Assembly: GCA_965113315.1 (NCBI GenBank)
Contig: OZ220373.1
Source: Podarcis vaucheri
Lineage: Eukaryota
Reading direction: 5' to 3' (one strand)
DNA: 64,000 bases
Each line of letters opens with the position of its first letter. Positions within the stretch are counted from its first letter, which is position 1. A model generated the notes under the pieces. The model searched no databases. It saw only the letters and a program-made list of their open reading frames with translations, and was not told the origin of the DNA. Shown here piece by piece: positions 37,061 through 50,377 of the stretch. The translations under genes and the position numbers were made by a program.

Positions 37061-38248
37061 TATTGGAAGATAACATTGAAGATACTTGTGTATATCTTGT
37101 GGTTCTTTTAATTATCCAGGGTTGCTGCCTTCACACTTCTGATAATTAATTCTAAGTTCTGGTTTGTGTTTCTGCACAATAAGGATTTTTTTTTCTTAAG
37201 GTATTGAATATGAAATCTTATTTAATGTACACATGGTTAAATAATTGTATGGAATTTGGCAGTGGCCATATTCACAATAATCTTATTCTATGCCGATGAC
37301 GACAACAACAACAACAATTTATACCACGTCCATCTGGCTAGGTTTCCCCAGCCACTCTTGGGCAGGTTCCAACAAAGATAGGTGCAGAGTCCTCTACAAC
37401 CTTACTACGATAGAATATCTAGTTATTTTTTCTTTCCCAATTTCAGATTTTAACTTGAAGCAGGATTAGTCTGGCACCTTATAGCTGACTTATATTTGGA
37501 GTTACAAGCATTGCGAAAGAAAATGATGTGCTTATGCTCCGGATGGTACCTGGGCAAATATAAGAATTGCTTTTAGAATGACCAGAAAGAGTTACTGGAA
37601 TATTAAAATACACTTCTCAATATGACAGTAATCCTCAAAAGTAGTGTCATTAAGAAAATGGACAATATCCAGAGTTTTAGTTAGCTATTAAAACAGACAT
37701 GGCTTGGTGGTGGTTTACAAAATCAAGGGCTGTTTGGGACCTGAACCCCTTTATTGAAGCCTGATGGCAGTAAATTAATATTTTCACAAAAATGAAGACA
37801 ATCATTTCATTAAAGTTAGTTTTTAACTATGTAGGTTTTCAAGTTCAGTGTTGACTAACTAGTTTTAAAGCAGGATTGTTGACAAAACACCTAGATTTGA
37901 TGCTTCTTGGAGTGTTCCTTTGGACTTCTCAGATGGATATGCTTACACCCCATGCCATCTTACCAATTGTGCTTTAAAGGTGTTGCTTTGGATAATATTT
38001 GGAAACTGATTTGGTTTGTATTCACTTTGGAAGAGCCAGGCTGTAAATATTGGACTGTTTTACAAGTGAACTTCACCATGCGTCTCTAATTCAGTATGAC
38101 GCACCTACCACTACATTCGTTTTGATAGGATTTTATCTTGAGCTAGAGATACTTACCTGGTGTAAGTAATCACTGGTAGTACTCAGCTAGAGCATAGCTA
38201 GCCCATGGGTGCCCCCAATCCTCCGGAGCAGACTATGACTCAGTGGAG

Positions 38249-38596
38249 AGGTAAAGGTAAAGGGACCCCTGACCATTAGGTCCAGTTGCAGATGACTTGG
38301 GTTCAGTGCTCATCTCGCTTTATTGGCCAAGGGAGCTGGCATACAGCTTCCGGGTCATGTGGCCAGCATGACTAAGCCACTTCTGTCAAACCAGAGCAAT
38401 GCACAGAAACGCCGTTTACCTTCCCGCCGGAGCGGTACCTATTTATTTACTTGCACTTTGACATGCTTTCGAACTGCTAGGTTGGCAGGAGCTGGGACAG
38501 CAACAGGAGCTCACTCCATTGCAGGGATTTGAACCGCCGACCTTCTGATTGGCAAGCCCCAGGCTTTGGTTTAACCCACCGCGCCACCCGCATCTC
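38249..38596 (-). mobile_element. Sauria SINE (older subfamily)
   Basis: (ACCTTT)n tail and tRNA-like head; imperfect TSD cagtgg(a/g)gag. Confidence 0.9.
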
Positions 38597-39000
38597 CAGT
38601 GGGGAGAGGAGAGGGTGGCAAAGTTACCTTGTACAGCCAAGAGTTATTGCACTAGTCTAAGTTGAATGCTGCCTAATAGTCTAGTCTCTCCTAATCAAGA
38701 GTTTCCAGAAGGGGAAGGAGCAAAGTGAAACTTAAGTAGAACACACTGAACACCTTTACCCTTAGTGTGGATGCTGTGAAGTGTATTACTTCATTGTGCT
38801 AAACTAAAACTGGATATGTTTCAGATCAAAACATGGGTTATCTCCACCCCACTGCACAGGAGAGACAGCTTCATGTAATGCAGCCTTATAGGTGTAGGCA
38901 GGCAGAGGAAGAATTGGGCGGTGGGGGGCATAGGGAGATGTACCATTAGGCTGCTTGAATTGCACTAAGCATGAGTGGCTACATTTTCTCTCTCAATCAA

Positions 39001-39188
39001 GTAAGAGCTGTTCGACAGTGGAATTTGCTGCCAAGGAGTGTGGTGGAGTCTCCTTTTTTGGAGGTCTTTAAGCAGAGGCTTGACAATCATATATGTCAGG
39101 AGTGCTCTGATGGTGTTTCCTGCTTGGCAGGGGGTTGGACTCGATGGCCCTTGTGGTCTCTTCCAACTCTATGATTCTATGATTCTAC
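39001..39188 (+). mobile_element. CR1 LINE 3' end
   Basis: VRAVRQWNLLPRSVVESPFLEVFKQRLD plus 3'UTR ending ttccaactctatgattctatgattcta (ATTCTATG octamer tail). Confidence 0.9.
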
Positions 39189-39314
39189 CCTCCTAAAATG
39201 CTGGGTGTGCAGGAAGCTTGCACTTTCATGATTTCTTGCGGGGTTTCTTCTGTTACTGGGATGGCAAAACTTTGGCTCGTTTTTTTTGTCTCTCTGTTTT
39301 GTCAACCAGTTGTA

Positions 39315-39589
39315 AAAGGTAAAGGTAAAGGACCCCTGGATGGTGAAGTCAGTCAAAGGCAACTATGGGGTTGCGGCACTCATCTTGCTTTCAGGCTGAG
39401 GGAACCAGTGTTTGTCCACATGTCGCCAGTTTTCTGGGTCATGTGGCCAGCATGACTAAACCGCTTCTGGTGCAACGGAACACTGTGATGGAACCAAGAG
39501 CGCATGGAAATGCCATTTACTTTCCTGACACAGCAGTTCCTATTTATCTACTTGCACTGGCATGCTTTCAAACTGCTAGGTTGGCAGGA
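39315..39589 (-). mobile_element. Sauria SINE, 5'-truncated
   Basis: Tail and body present, head missing; 12-bp TSD caaccagttgta (39303-39314, 39590-39601). Confidence 0.88.
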
Positions 39590-41194
39590 CAACCAGTTGT
39601 AGGAATGGTGTTGGTGTATGCGTGTTTATATCATGAACCAGGAGCGATGCTCCCATGGCATAACTCTAACCGCACATTGAATATAGTCTGGTGCCAGGTA
39701 CACTGTAAACACTACAGAAGCAACAATCCAGCTTTTATCTCAATATTCCATTTCTAAATGATACAGGTTCCCTTTTGCAGCCCATGTGTACCTTTGCAAG
39801 ATGCACTAGTTGATGGTGAATGAGTCTCGCTAACCACCAGGTGGTGCTGAAGTTGTTCTGTAAAATGTGTTTTTATTCTGGCTCTTGGCAGACCTGGCTC
39901 TGATTGAATATGACTGTACAATACCAGCTGCCAATGGAGGCTGCTGCCCATTGGGACCAGGAGGACAGAAAGGCCAATAATACGTGGAGCCAACTAATTT
40001 TGGTTTTGTCCTCCTTCCTGCTGAATTCTACAAGGATGATGCTGAGACAAAGGAGAAGGAAGCAGACAGCCAGTACCTCCCCCTAGTCCGGTAGGAAGCA
40101 TATCAGGAGAGAAGCAGGCTGAGGGCAGACTGGGCTTGGTGGGGCAGTGCTGCACATGTCCTAACACACCAGCCTCTGCTGGTTCAGCTGCTGTTGTTCA
40201 AATCGTTCTTCGTCCCACTGTTTCGTCAGCCGGTTGCAGGGTTGGTATTGGTGACTGAGAGAATACACCGTAAGGCCAGAGGAAGAAGATTCTTGGGACG
40301 TAACTCAGAAGCTGAGGCTACAATATGGTGAATCGGGTGGGGAGCCCCGTTCAGCTGGAGGGCCACATTCCTTCCTTCTAGGGGCCACATGCCACAGTGG
40401 CGGGCAGAGCAACAAATATAAGTTTAAGTGAGTCTCTATATGCACTGCCACACGGCCCTCTGTCCTCTATCCAGGCAAAAGCACTCAGGAAGGGTGTGAA
40501 GCAGGGCTGGTGAGGTGTGTGTCTGGCAAGAGGCTTGAGGGATAAATAAAGAGGCCTATTTGAGCTCTGGACCTGAGGTTCCTGATCCCTGTGGTCAAAC
40601 ATGGCTTGTGGGCTTCACAAATAAATAATAATAATGCCGCAACACCGCTCTCTTTTAGATAAGAATCCCACAAGTTCTTGAAAGACTGACATAAATAACA
40701 CTGTTCTATGCCCAGCCCCACAACAGGTTAAAATAGATGGTTCAGACAGTTACGGATTTTCCTGCTGAGCCCAAAACGGCCAGAAGATGTCAGTGCAGTA
40801 GTAGCCTCTTCACAGAAATTATATCCAGGAAGTATTTGGGTTGCCTTTGTGCCTATTTGAGAACTTGGTTTATTTCTAACACACACACTTGCAGTTTAGA
40901 TTTTGAAGTGCTGACGTTCCTGTCAATCTCTTTAGCCAAATTTCTTCTTGTCTCATAATATTTCTTCTGCTCTACTTTCTCTCCCCGCCCCGCTTATGCT
41001 GAGATTTATACCCTCAGTTGTAATCACTCTTCATTGCTTATGCTTTGGAAGAAGATGGCCAAAGGATGTCATAAAAAGAAGCTTGGGGAAATGTTTCAAG
41101 TCAGCCTTTTCAAGTGCCTGAAATTCATGTCAGGATCTAAATGTTTTGTGAGTTCTTTGGGAGAAACTTCTGCAGCAATCTTGCAGCATAAGAA

Positions 41195-41450
41195 GAAGAG
41201 TTTGGATTTGATATCCTGCTTTATCACTACCCGAAGGAGTCTCAAAGCGGCTAACATTCTCCTTTCCCTTCCTCCCCCACAACAAACACTCTGTGAGGTG
41301 AGTGGGGCTGAGAGACTTCAGAGAAGTGTGACTGGCCCAAGGTCACCCAGCAGCTGCATGTGGAGGAGCGGGGAATCAAACCCAGTTCACCAGATTACCA
41401 GTCCACCACTCTTAACCACTACACCACACTGGCTTAACCACTACACCACA
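41195..41450 (-). mobile_element. Squam3-type (Ther1/MIR-related) SINE
   Basis: Head ccagtgtggtgtagtggttaag, CORE-like gggtgaccttgggccagtcac, (CTT)n tail; TSD cataagaa; 5' end duplicated. Confidence 0.85.
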
Positions 41451-43323
41451 CATAAGAAATGATGTGATGGATTAAGCCAAGAGCCCATCTAGTCCAGCAG
41501 TCTGTTCTCACAGTGGCCACCAAGATGCTCATGAATCTAAACACAATAGTGCAATCTCCACCTTGATCTCCAGCGACTGGTAGTCAAAGGCATTCTGCCA
41601 CCAACACCATGGAGCAAGGCATGCATGTACAGTTCTGCTAATTCTTGGTGTGGAATCACAAACCACCAGACCCATATGATGAGCCGTTTGTGTATGGCTT
41701 GTGCACGGCGAGAACTCTCCAAACAGTCTTATTTCAAGAAGCAACACTGAACAGTTTTCTCTTGCACAGAAATACTTGGGTGAAGCTGGAACAGCTGCAG
41801 GCATCAGCTCTGAACTCTGAATGCTGGTGCAAGCAGATGCAAAACTGGTATAATTAGAATGATTGCTTTGCCTAAGTTAACCTTAAACCACTGCACAGTT
41901 TACTTGTAGGCGTTTTAGTAAACAGTGCAGTGGTTGAAAGAGCTATATCCTGTTTATACTTCAAAGCAAGGTGATTCATAGATGGTCCTATGGCAGAGTC
42001 TGTAATCACACAACATTAAAAGCCATTTCACCTCCCCCCACCCTCCCAGCTCTTGAGTTTGGCTCATTTGTGTTTAGTTTAAGCTGTCCATTGTTGATAC
42101 AGTATCTCTGGGCAGTTGTAAACTTTACTAGAAATCAGTGCTTTGACGCAGTTGAAAGTCCCTTTAATGCAAAATAATAATAATAAGGTATTATGCAATA
42201 AAGAAGCAGATTCTGATATCTGATTCTGTAGTAAGTTGTTTACTCAGAAGAAAGTTCTGTTGAGGTCAATAAGGCTTATTCTCAGGACCAAAACACAGCC
42301 ATCCTTCAAGATTTTATGATGCAGTTCTCCAGCAAAAAGATGTTTACTAAAATGCATATATTAGTGAAAATGACCTGCAGAAATGCATTACATTAGGGGA
42401 AATTGCTTGCAAAAAATGTGCACAATAGTAAAAACTCTACAACAATCTGGGGTTGCTTTTACATACCCATTGTATAAAAACTCAACTTTATGCCTTTTGG
42501 CCCAAATATGTTTGGCTTAAATCAGCTGCATAAGCACCATTGCTTTCTCCCCAAGAATTCTGCAAACTGTAGTTTACCCATCACAGAACTACAATTTCCT
42601 GCACCCTTAACTACCACTCCCAGGATACTTTGAGGGAAAGTAAAGTGCTTTAAATGTATGGTGTGCATGCAGCCACAATCTATGGGAATTTAGTTGCAGC
42701 AGCTAAATTACTTCCATTAATTTCAGAGGGGCTGCAGTGCAACTTATGTTACTTGAATTGGAGGCACCCAGAACCACTCTGTTCTAGTCTGATAGCAAAA
42801 TGCAGTGCAGCACATGACCAGAACAACCCATGTGTGAAAAACACATGGCTGATGGAAATAAAATCTCCCACCTGTGAACCCTGCTGTGGCAAAGGAATAT
42901 TTCTTTTGCTCTAAATGGCATTTACTATCTCGTCTGATGACAAACGACCAGGTTGCAGCCAGAAGCTCTTTAAAAAGCAACATAAGCAACAGAGGCCATG
43001 AAAACAAAACAAAACACTAATACTCTGGTGACGTTCTTCCTCCTCATTACAGAGCAGCCTGCTTCCTTTACGATCTGTGCAAACAGGATGCTGATACAAA
43101 GCACTCTGTCGGGGGTGATTGCATTAAAGGACTAACTGGACCAAATACTAGCATTTGATGACAGGCTTAGCTTAAAAAGAAAAAGAAACCCATCTGCTGA
43201 CTAAGGCAGCAGCGCTGTATCGCTTACGGTACTTGGAAGTCAGCCCTGTTGAGCTCAGTGGGAGTTCTGACTGTGTAGACATGTGTGAGATTGTTAGGTT
43301 CAAACTGTACACGTGCTCACAAG

Positions 43324-43371
43324 GATTTTAGCTCCTTGAAAGAATGAGATTTTAGCTCCTTGAAAGAATGA
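43324..43371. repeat. Perfect 24-bp tandem duplication
   Basis: gattttagctccttgaaagaatga x2. Confidence 0.9.
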
Positions 43372-43900
43372 ATTTTTCTTCCTTTTCCTTTTCCTTTTCA
43401 TCTCTTGCTCTCTCAGGCAGCCTCAGAGGCTACAAACGTCAAGGCCACCCTAGTTCAGTCTTTGCCAACCTGGTGACCAAAACATCTGGAATGCACCAGG
43501 TTAGCAAAGAATGCTTTAAACATCTATACCCATGAATCACCACTTTGTGCACCCCCCTTCCCTGCGCCCCATCAAAGCCTTTTTTTTTTACTGTTGCTGG
43601 GAAATAAGATGAACACCCTGGCTAATATTTCCATTGTTCAGGCTCCGAGAACCCCAAAGTTTGCATTCAAAAATGGCGTTCCTCACTCGTAGCCTGAAGT
43701 GGTGCAACTCGGTCTACTTCATGTGTAGGCCAGCAGAAGTGGCACCTGTATTTGGGGCAGAGTATCTACGCTAGCTTTGTGGCAGGTCGGAGCTACAATT
43801 CCCAGCACCCTCAACAAGCCACGGTTCCCAGGATTATTTGGGCTTGGGTTGGGTAAAAATGTGCTTTAATGCCTGATGTGCAACAGACTGAGGCTATGTA

Positions 43901-44103
43901 CAGTGGTACCTCAGGTTACAGACGCTTCAGAAATAGGACCTCGGGTTAAGAACTTTGCTTCAGGATGAGAACAGAAATTGCGCAGCTGCGGCGCGGCAGC
44001 AGCGGGAGGCCCCATTAGCTAAAGTGGTCTTCAGGTTAAGAACAGTTTCAGGTTAAAAGCGGACCTCCAGAACGAATTAAGTTCTTAACCCGAGGTACCA
44101 CTG
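43901..44103. mobile_element. Tc1/mariner (Tigger-like) MITE
   Basis: ta|cagtggtacctcaggtta ... taacccgaggtaccactg|ta; same family as 45412 and 48130. Confidence 0.9.
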
Positions 44104-45411
44104 TATACATTAGAGGCTTGCTGCCCACACCAGAGAGGAGATGGAGTGTCTTCACCTGATGCATATTGTCTGGTTTGTTTCCCCTTACCTGCAACCCTCC
44201 TGAACTCCTATTCAATGATACCACCATTTGCACATGCACAAAAGCTAGATGAACTGTCTACATGCCAGCTGAACCATTGAACATTGCTTGCACTTTCAGA
44301 TTGCATGGAAGCTGGTTGGAGGGAAAAGATACCACACAGGAGTATTTCTCAAGGAATGATAGGGTACATAGGATTGTGGCTAATGTCATGTGTAGTCAGC
44401 TTCAAACACCAGTGATGGGAATGCACTGGAATCTGAGCAAATGCTAACATGCATTGCAGTCTAACACAGCTAACTCTCTGGAAATCACTGCACAATACTG
44501 ATGGCTGGTGTTGGCTAAGAGATATCAGATTTTATAAGAGAAAGTAATGGATATTATGCAGCGGCAATGGTAACCTCCTCTCTTGGGGTTTTTATTATTA
44601 TTATTATTTACAGCTTTTCAGCCTCCTGTCTAAACAATGCAGTTGTACCAAAAGCCAGGATGGATATAGCCGTTGAATGGGCCATGAGCTGCCAAAATTA
44701 ACAGGCTTCTCTGAACTAGTACAGCAAACCCTGCACTAAAAAAATGTTGATTTAAATATTTGCATGATACAAAAAATGATTCCTGATAGTTTATACAAAA
44801 ATATGGTTCCCGCATTGCAGAGCTTTGGACTAGACAACACTCAGGATCCCTTCTATAATTCTATGTTATTTCTTTTTACAAAACAGTGACCATTGCTCTG
44901 TAAATGTGCTTGATTATTCATTGCAGGTCCTCCTAAAATATTATAATTTAACAGAACTTCTTTAATGACACTCAAGTTGAAAACAGTTTTACATATGCAG
45001 ATTGCACCATCTTTTAATCTGCACATCTGGAAGTGCAGAGTTAGCTGTCATAACCCCCTTTTCAAATCTGCTCATGTTTGCTCTCTTCCTTTCAGGATGC
45101 TCTTTTGGTCTGGCCGGCCGGCCTGTTTCTTGCCATGTGCATTTATTCAGTATGTAACAACCATATGTCGAGGCAGCAGACAGATGCTGGACGTGGCTGG
45201 CTTTGCTTTGGATTAACCTTCTTTACATGTGTTTGAAGTGTTTACACGTGACATGAAACCGTCCCTGAACTGGCCCCACGTTGACTCTCTGCAAGACCCG
45301 TTAGAGTTATATGTAAGTCTGGGCTAAAAATAAAATTTAAAAAGGCCGAGGTTTCACTATTTCTAAATTAGGAAAAGAAATTTAACGATATCTGCAGGCA
45401 GAGAATGAATA

Positions 45412-45637
45412 CAGTGGTACCTAGGGTTACAGACACTTCAGGTAACAGACTCCGCTAACCCAGAAATAGTACCTCGGGTTAAGAACTTTGCTTCAGGATG
45501 AGAACAGAAATCGCGTGGAGGGGGCACGATGGCAGCGGGAGGCCCCATTAGCTAAAGTGGTACCTCAGGTTAAGAACAGTTTCAAGTTAAGAACGGACCT
45601 CCAGAACGAATTAAGTTCTTAACCAGAGGTACCACTG
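45412..45637. mobile_element. Tc1/mariner (Tigger-like) MITE
   Basis: Same TIRs and body as 43901-44103; TA flanks. Confidence 0.9.
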
Positions 45638-45949
45638 TAGATAGAAAGTAGGTGAAAGTTTGTCACAAAATGGTAGAAGGGTGTAGAGATCAGCTTACTG
45701 CTTACCCGTAAAAATTTCCGCCTACTTTTGCCTCTGGCCCTGTCCACCACTAGTATGTGGCCCTTGGAAGATTTCCTAGAAGGGAATGTGGCCCTCAGGC
45801 TGAGAAAAGGTTATTTACACTAGCGTAAATGGCAGGATCATTAAAAAGCAAATGCTCTGGCTAAAATTGCACAACAATGGCTCAGTGAAAACAATGGAAC
45901 TTATGATTTAGTGTGTTCTATGCCCCTTGAGTCAGAAGTAACTCCCACA

Positions 45950-46303
45950 ACAAATAAAAGAAGGCACCATCACTCTGGTATGGTTCCCATTCATCTCATA
46001 CACAGCACAACAAGACAACAACAAGAATCCCCCAACAGCATGCGAATCAATATGGCTAACCTGATCCAAAAAAACCCACCGCCTCACACACATAAACAAA
46101 TCCCACTACAGCCAACCAAAGACAACCAACCAAATCCTAGGCCACTCCCAGCCTCCCTCATCACCAAAGAAATAAACAAGCAGAAGAATAGAAGCATTAT
46201 CACCCAACCCCACTCACCATTCCCCCCCTTTTTCTTCCCAACCTTATACCATACGCAAAGGCAACTTGAAAAAAGAGACAATGCACATATTTTTTTTAAA
46301 AAA
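45950..46303 (+). mobile_element. 5'-truncated poly(A) retroposon, probably an L1/Tx1-clade 3' end
   Basis: Exact 16-bp TSD agaagtaactcccaca (45934-45949, 46304-46319), A-rich 3' end, and residual 'VWFPFISY' peptide reminiscent of L1-clade ORF2 C-termini. Confidence 0.7.
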
Positions 46304-46329
46304 AGAAGTAACTCCCACAGTCAGAGAAA

Positions 46330-46900
46330 ATTGAGAGGTGAGGAGGCTGCTTGCCTAATGCCTCAACTGCCTCTTCCGATTCAGATGGAACAGAGAGACA
46401 GAGCAGGATTTCATCTGCATATTGATTCCCCCCTGTCTGCATACTGATGAGACTTCACTCGAAAACTCCTGATGAGAACTCCCTGCAGCTTCATATAGAT
46501 GTTAAATATCATGGGGGACAAGACCGAACTCTGTGGGACACCACAGGACAACTCCCATTGCCCTGAACTGTAAAGGTAAAGGTAAAGGGACCCCTGACCA
46601 TTAGGTCCAGTTGTGACCGACTCTGGGGTTGCGGCGCTCATCTCGCTTTATTGGCCGAGGGAGCCAGCGTTTGTCCGCAGACATCCCATAATTACTCTAT
46701 GGAAATGGCCCTGGAGGTAGGAAAGGAACCAGTGAAGCACAGTTAACCCAACACCGAATTCCCAGAGACTCTCCAGGAAGACACCATGGTCAACAGTATC
46801 CAAAGTTCCCAAGAGATCACGGGGAATAGGCAAGGTCACACTGCCCCTATCGCTCACCTAACAAATGAAATCAACCAGGGTGACCAAGGCAGTTTCAATG
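46330..46900 (-). mobile_element. L2 LINE RT fragment interrupted by a Sauria SINE 3' piece (46570-46683)
   Basis: Minus-strand peptides 'DLLGTLDTVDHGVFLESL...VLHWFLSYL' and 'CGVPQSSVLSPMIFNIYMK...HQYAD'. Confidence 0.85.
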
Positions 46901-48129
46901 TGTGAGCACGAGTGATCCACAAAATGGGCTTCTTGTTCAGGATTACTCTCCTCCCACGAGTTGTTGCTAGGCAGGGGGATGAATTCAATGTCATATGCAT
47001 TTTAATGGGAAACTACCTAATTCACACTTCTTGAACTAATACGCAAACAGAAACACAGCAATCTTTCAAAATTTGCACTCTTGTGAATTTGCAATGCAGT
47101 TCTCCAACCAAATACTGTGTACATACAAAAATGCACGTATTCAAAAATGCATACATTCAAGATGTGCATAAGACGGCATAGATCAGTGAAAATCAAAGTG
47201 CATTATGTTATGAGATGTTGCTTCCAAAATGTGTATATTAGAACAGCATACAAATATGTCTTTATTATGATAAATTCACATTAAAATGCTGATGGATTTT
47301 CATGAGTTGTTTTTTTTAAAAAATGAAATTGCAGTAGAAATGTGGAGAACTGATTATAAGATTGGAAAAGAGAAACTGAGAGAAACAGAAATTGCTAGAT
47401 TGGTTCATCCCTAGTTGCTGCACAGTAAAGAACAAAAAGCAAAATCTATGCACCCTCTTTTTCTCCCCCTACCTTGTAACCTGTCACTGATGACCATCTG
47501 CTTGCCACTAAAAGTAATTAAATGCATTCTTAATTTTATACCCGAGAATTTAAATTAGAATGGTTGCATCTGTAGTTTAAAGACCAAACACACGTTTTAA
47601 TTCTGGCTGGCATTGACTGCAAAACTGTTTGCCTGTTGTTGATTATCAGCACTGCATTTTTAAATAAATGAATGCATCAATTAATTTTAAATGGTGGAAC
47701 ATAATCTCTAATGTGCCATTAGGGGGGAAAATTCTCATTAGAAATGGTAATCTCAGTGAAGCAGGCCTGTCATGGACTGGAATTAATTCTACAGCTTTTG
47801 GATGATTGTATCTTTTAGTTCATGCACCTCAGATATGTAAATTGTTCTGTAGCTCAGGTTAGGCATTAAAAAGAGTTCTGTGATTCATTTCTCTGTTGTT
47901 AAAAAAACCCCATAAATCTCAGTGGAAGAAGAACAGCTGGAGGCAAGGTGCTTAATGCAGACCCTTTGTGTCATTTTTTAACTAAAAATATCCCTTCCTG
48001 AAGTATTTTTTTCATCCATCGGGGGACAAAATATAGGAAAGCAAGGATGGGGGCAGGGAAGAGTCCCTAGTGCAATGGCTCCAAGACTCAATCACGGATG
48101 TAGGACTCAACTAAATTTCACTTACAGTA

Positions 48130-48371
48130 CAATGGTACCTCAGGTTACATACGCTTCTGGTTACAAACCCTTCAGGTTACAGACTCCCCTAACCCAGAAA
48201 TAGTACCTCGGGTTAAGAACTTTGCTTCAGGAAGAGAACAGAAATCGTGCTCCAGCGGCGTGGTGACAGCAGGAGGCCCCATTAGCTAAAGTGGTGCTTC
48301 AGGTTAAGAACAGTTTCAGGTTAAGAACAGACCTCTGGAACGAATTAAGTACTTAACCTGAGGTACCACTG
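48130..48371. mobile_element. Tc1/mariner (Tigger-like) MITE
   Basis: Same family as 43901 and 45412; TA flanks. Confidence 0.9.
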
Positions 48372-49304
48372 TACACCCATTGAAATTAATAAACCTAACT
48401 TAGTAATGCTCAAAATGTTCTACATCTATAGTTGTCTGTTATATCTGAACCATGCAAAAAAAAGCTCAGGGATTTAAATAGATTGTTTGCACAAGTTTTC
48501 CAGCTGCTGCACTTTTCTTTACTGCATCTTATCCTTGCTCCTTGCTTACCTTCACCAGACTTTTCCCACCCCAATGGTGGACTAGAAAAACAATAGACTC
48601 AAGATAGAAAGACGTTTATCTCTATAAACAGTAGTTCATATTCTCCCCATTCAGCTGAATATTTTGTTAACACTTCATTAATTTGTTAAGACCAGATAAC
48701 AGAATGGGAAAATAAGGATGGCTGTGATCCCAGAAGAATTAATCACAGATGGCTAAGCAAGCCCCACTTTAAAGATACACAAATGCCACAGAGCCCGTCC
48801 ACGCTTAGCTTCTTCTAAACATCTACATTCGTTTGTTAACGATTTGGGGCCCTAGTGAATGGCACAGTTCTTATGGTTATAATTAATATTTGCTTTCCGG
48901 CAGCTTTCAGATGCTGCTCTTCTGCAATCATTTTCGATACAGGAAGCATTAACCACAGACCATCTGCTTCAAGATGCATTAAAAGTCCTTGTTTGAAGAC
49001 GATCTCAGAAGAATGACTTTGGGGCTGAGTGCTTTAATAGGCGGAACTGGCGACCTAACTGTTCACAATTCATGTTAACACTTGAGCTCAGTTGGCTCAA
49101 GAACACATCTTTTCCTTCTGGTTTTTTTAAAATTGTTGTTTCTATGTTCATTTTTGCAGTGTGAAAACAAATCCAGGCTGCCTTTCATTTGCCTTTCCAG
49201 TATTAGAATTCATTTCTGGTGGGGATGGACACGTTTGTCAATTTTAGTTTCTCTCATTTGTCAGTTCTTAGGCTGCATACGCACTATACATTTAAAGCAC
49301 ACCT

Positions 49305-50362
49305 GTTGTTTAGTCATGTCCGACTCTTCGTGACCCCATGGACCAGAGCACGCCAGGCACTTCTGTCTTCCACTGCCTCCCGCAGTTTGTTCAGACTCAT
49401 GTTCGTAGCTTTGAGAACACTGTCCAACCATCTCATCCTCTGTCGTCCCCTACTCCTTGTGCCCTCCATCTTTCCCAACATCAGGGTCTTTTCCAAGGAG
49501 TCTTCCCTTCTCATGAGGTGGCCAAAGCTTCATGATCTGTCCTTCTAGTGAGCACTCAGGGCTGATTTCCTTAAGAATGGATAGGTTTGATCTTCTTGCA
49601 GTCCACGGGACTCTCAAGAGTCTCCTCCAGCACCATAATTCAAAAGCATCCATTCTTCGGCGATCAGCCTTCTTTATGGTCCAGCTCTCACTTCCATACA
49701 TCACTACTGGGAAAACCATAGCTTTAACTATACGGACCTTTGTTGGCAAGGTGATGTTTCTGCTTTTTAGGATGCTGTCTAGGTTAGTCATTGCCAGTGT
49801 GGTGTAGTGGTTAAGAGCGGTAGTCACGTAATCTGGGAAACCGGGTTTGATTCCCCGCTCCTCCACTTGCAGCTGCTGGGTGACCTTGGGCCAGTCACAC
49901 TTCTCTGAAGTCTCTCAGCCCCACTCACCTCACAGAGTGTTTGTTGTGGGGGAGGAAGGGAAAGGAGAATGTTAGCCGCTTTGAGACTCCTGAAGGGGAG
50001 TGAAAGGCGGGATATCAAATCCAAACTCTTCTCTCCCAAGAAGCAGGCGTCTTTTAATTTTGTGGCTGCTGTCACCATCGGCAGTGATCATGGAGCCCAA
50101 GAAAGTAAAATCTCTCACTGCCTCCATTTCTTCCCCTTCTATTTGCCAGGAGGTGATGGGACCAGTGGCCATGATCTTAGTTTTTTTGATGTTGAACTTC
50201 AGACCATATTTTGCGCTCTCCTCTTTCACCCTCATTAAAAGGTTCTTTATTTCCTCCTCATTTTCTGCCATCAAGGTTGTGTCATCTGCATTTCTGAGGT
50301 TGTTGATATTTCTTCCGGCAATCTTAATTCTGGCTTGGGATTCAGCCCAGCCCAGCCCAGCC
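49305..50362 (-). mobile_element. BovB LINE, 5'-truncated, interrupted by a SINE
   Basis: Reverse complement of the 8180-9049 copy; TSD tttaaagcaca (49291-49301, 50363-50373). Confidence 0.93.
49794..50032 (+). mobile_element. Squam3-type SINE nested in BovB
   Basis: Same family as 41195, 60039 and 62616; BovB sequence resumes on both sides. Confidence 0.88.
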
Positions 50363-50377
50363 TTTAAAGCACAGCTA

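Noticed and set aside
45911-46447. 178-aa ORF
   Set aside because: Runs through a T-poor retroposon tail into antisense L2 sequence; compositional artefact.
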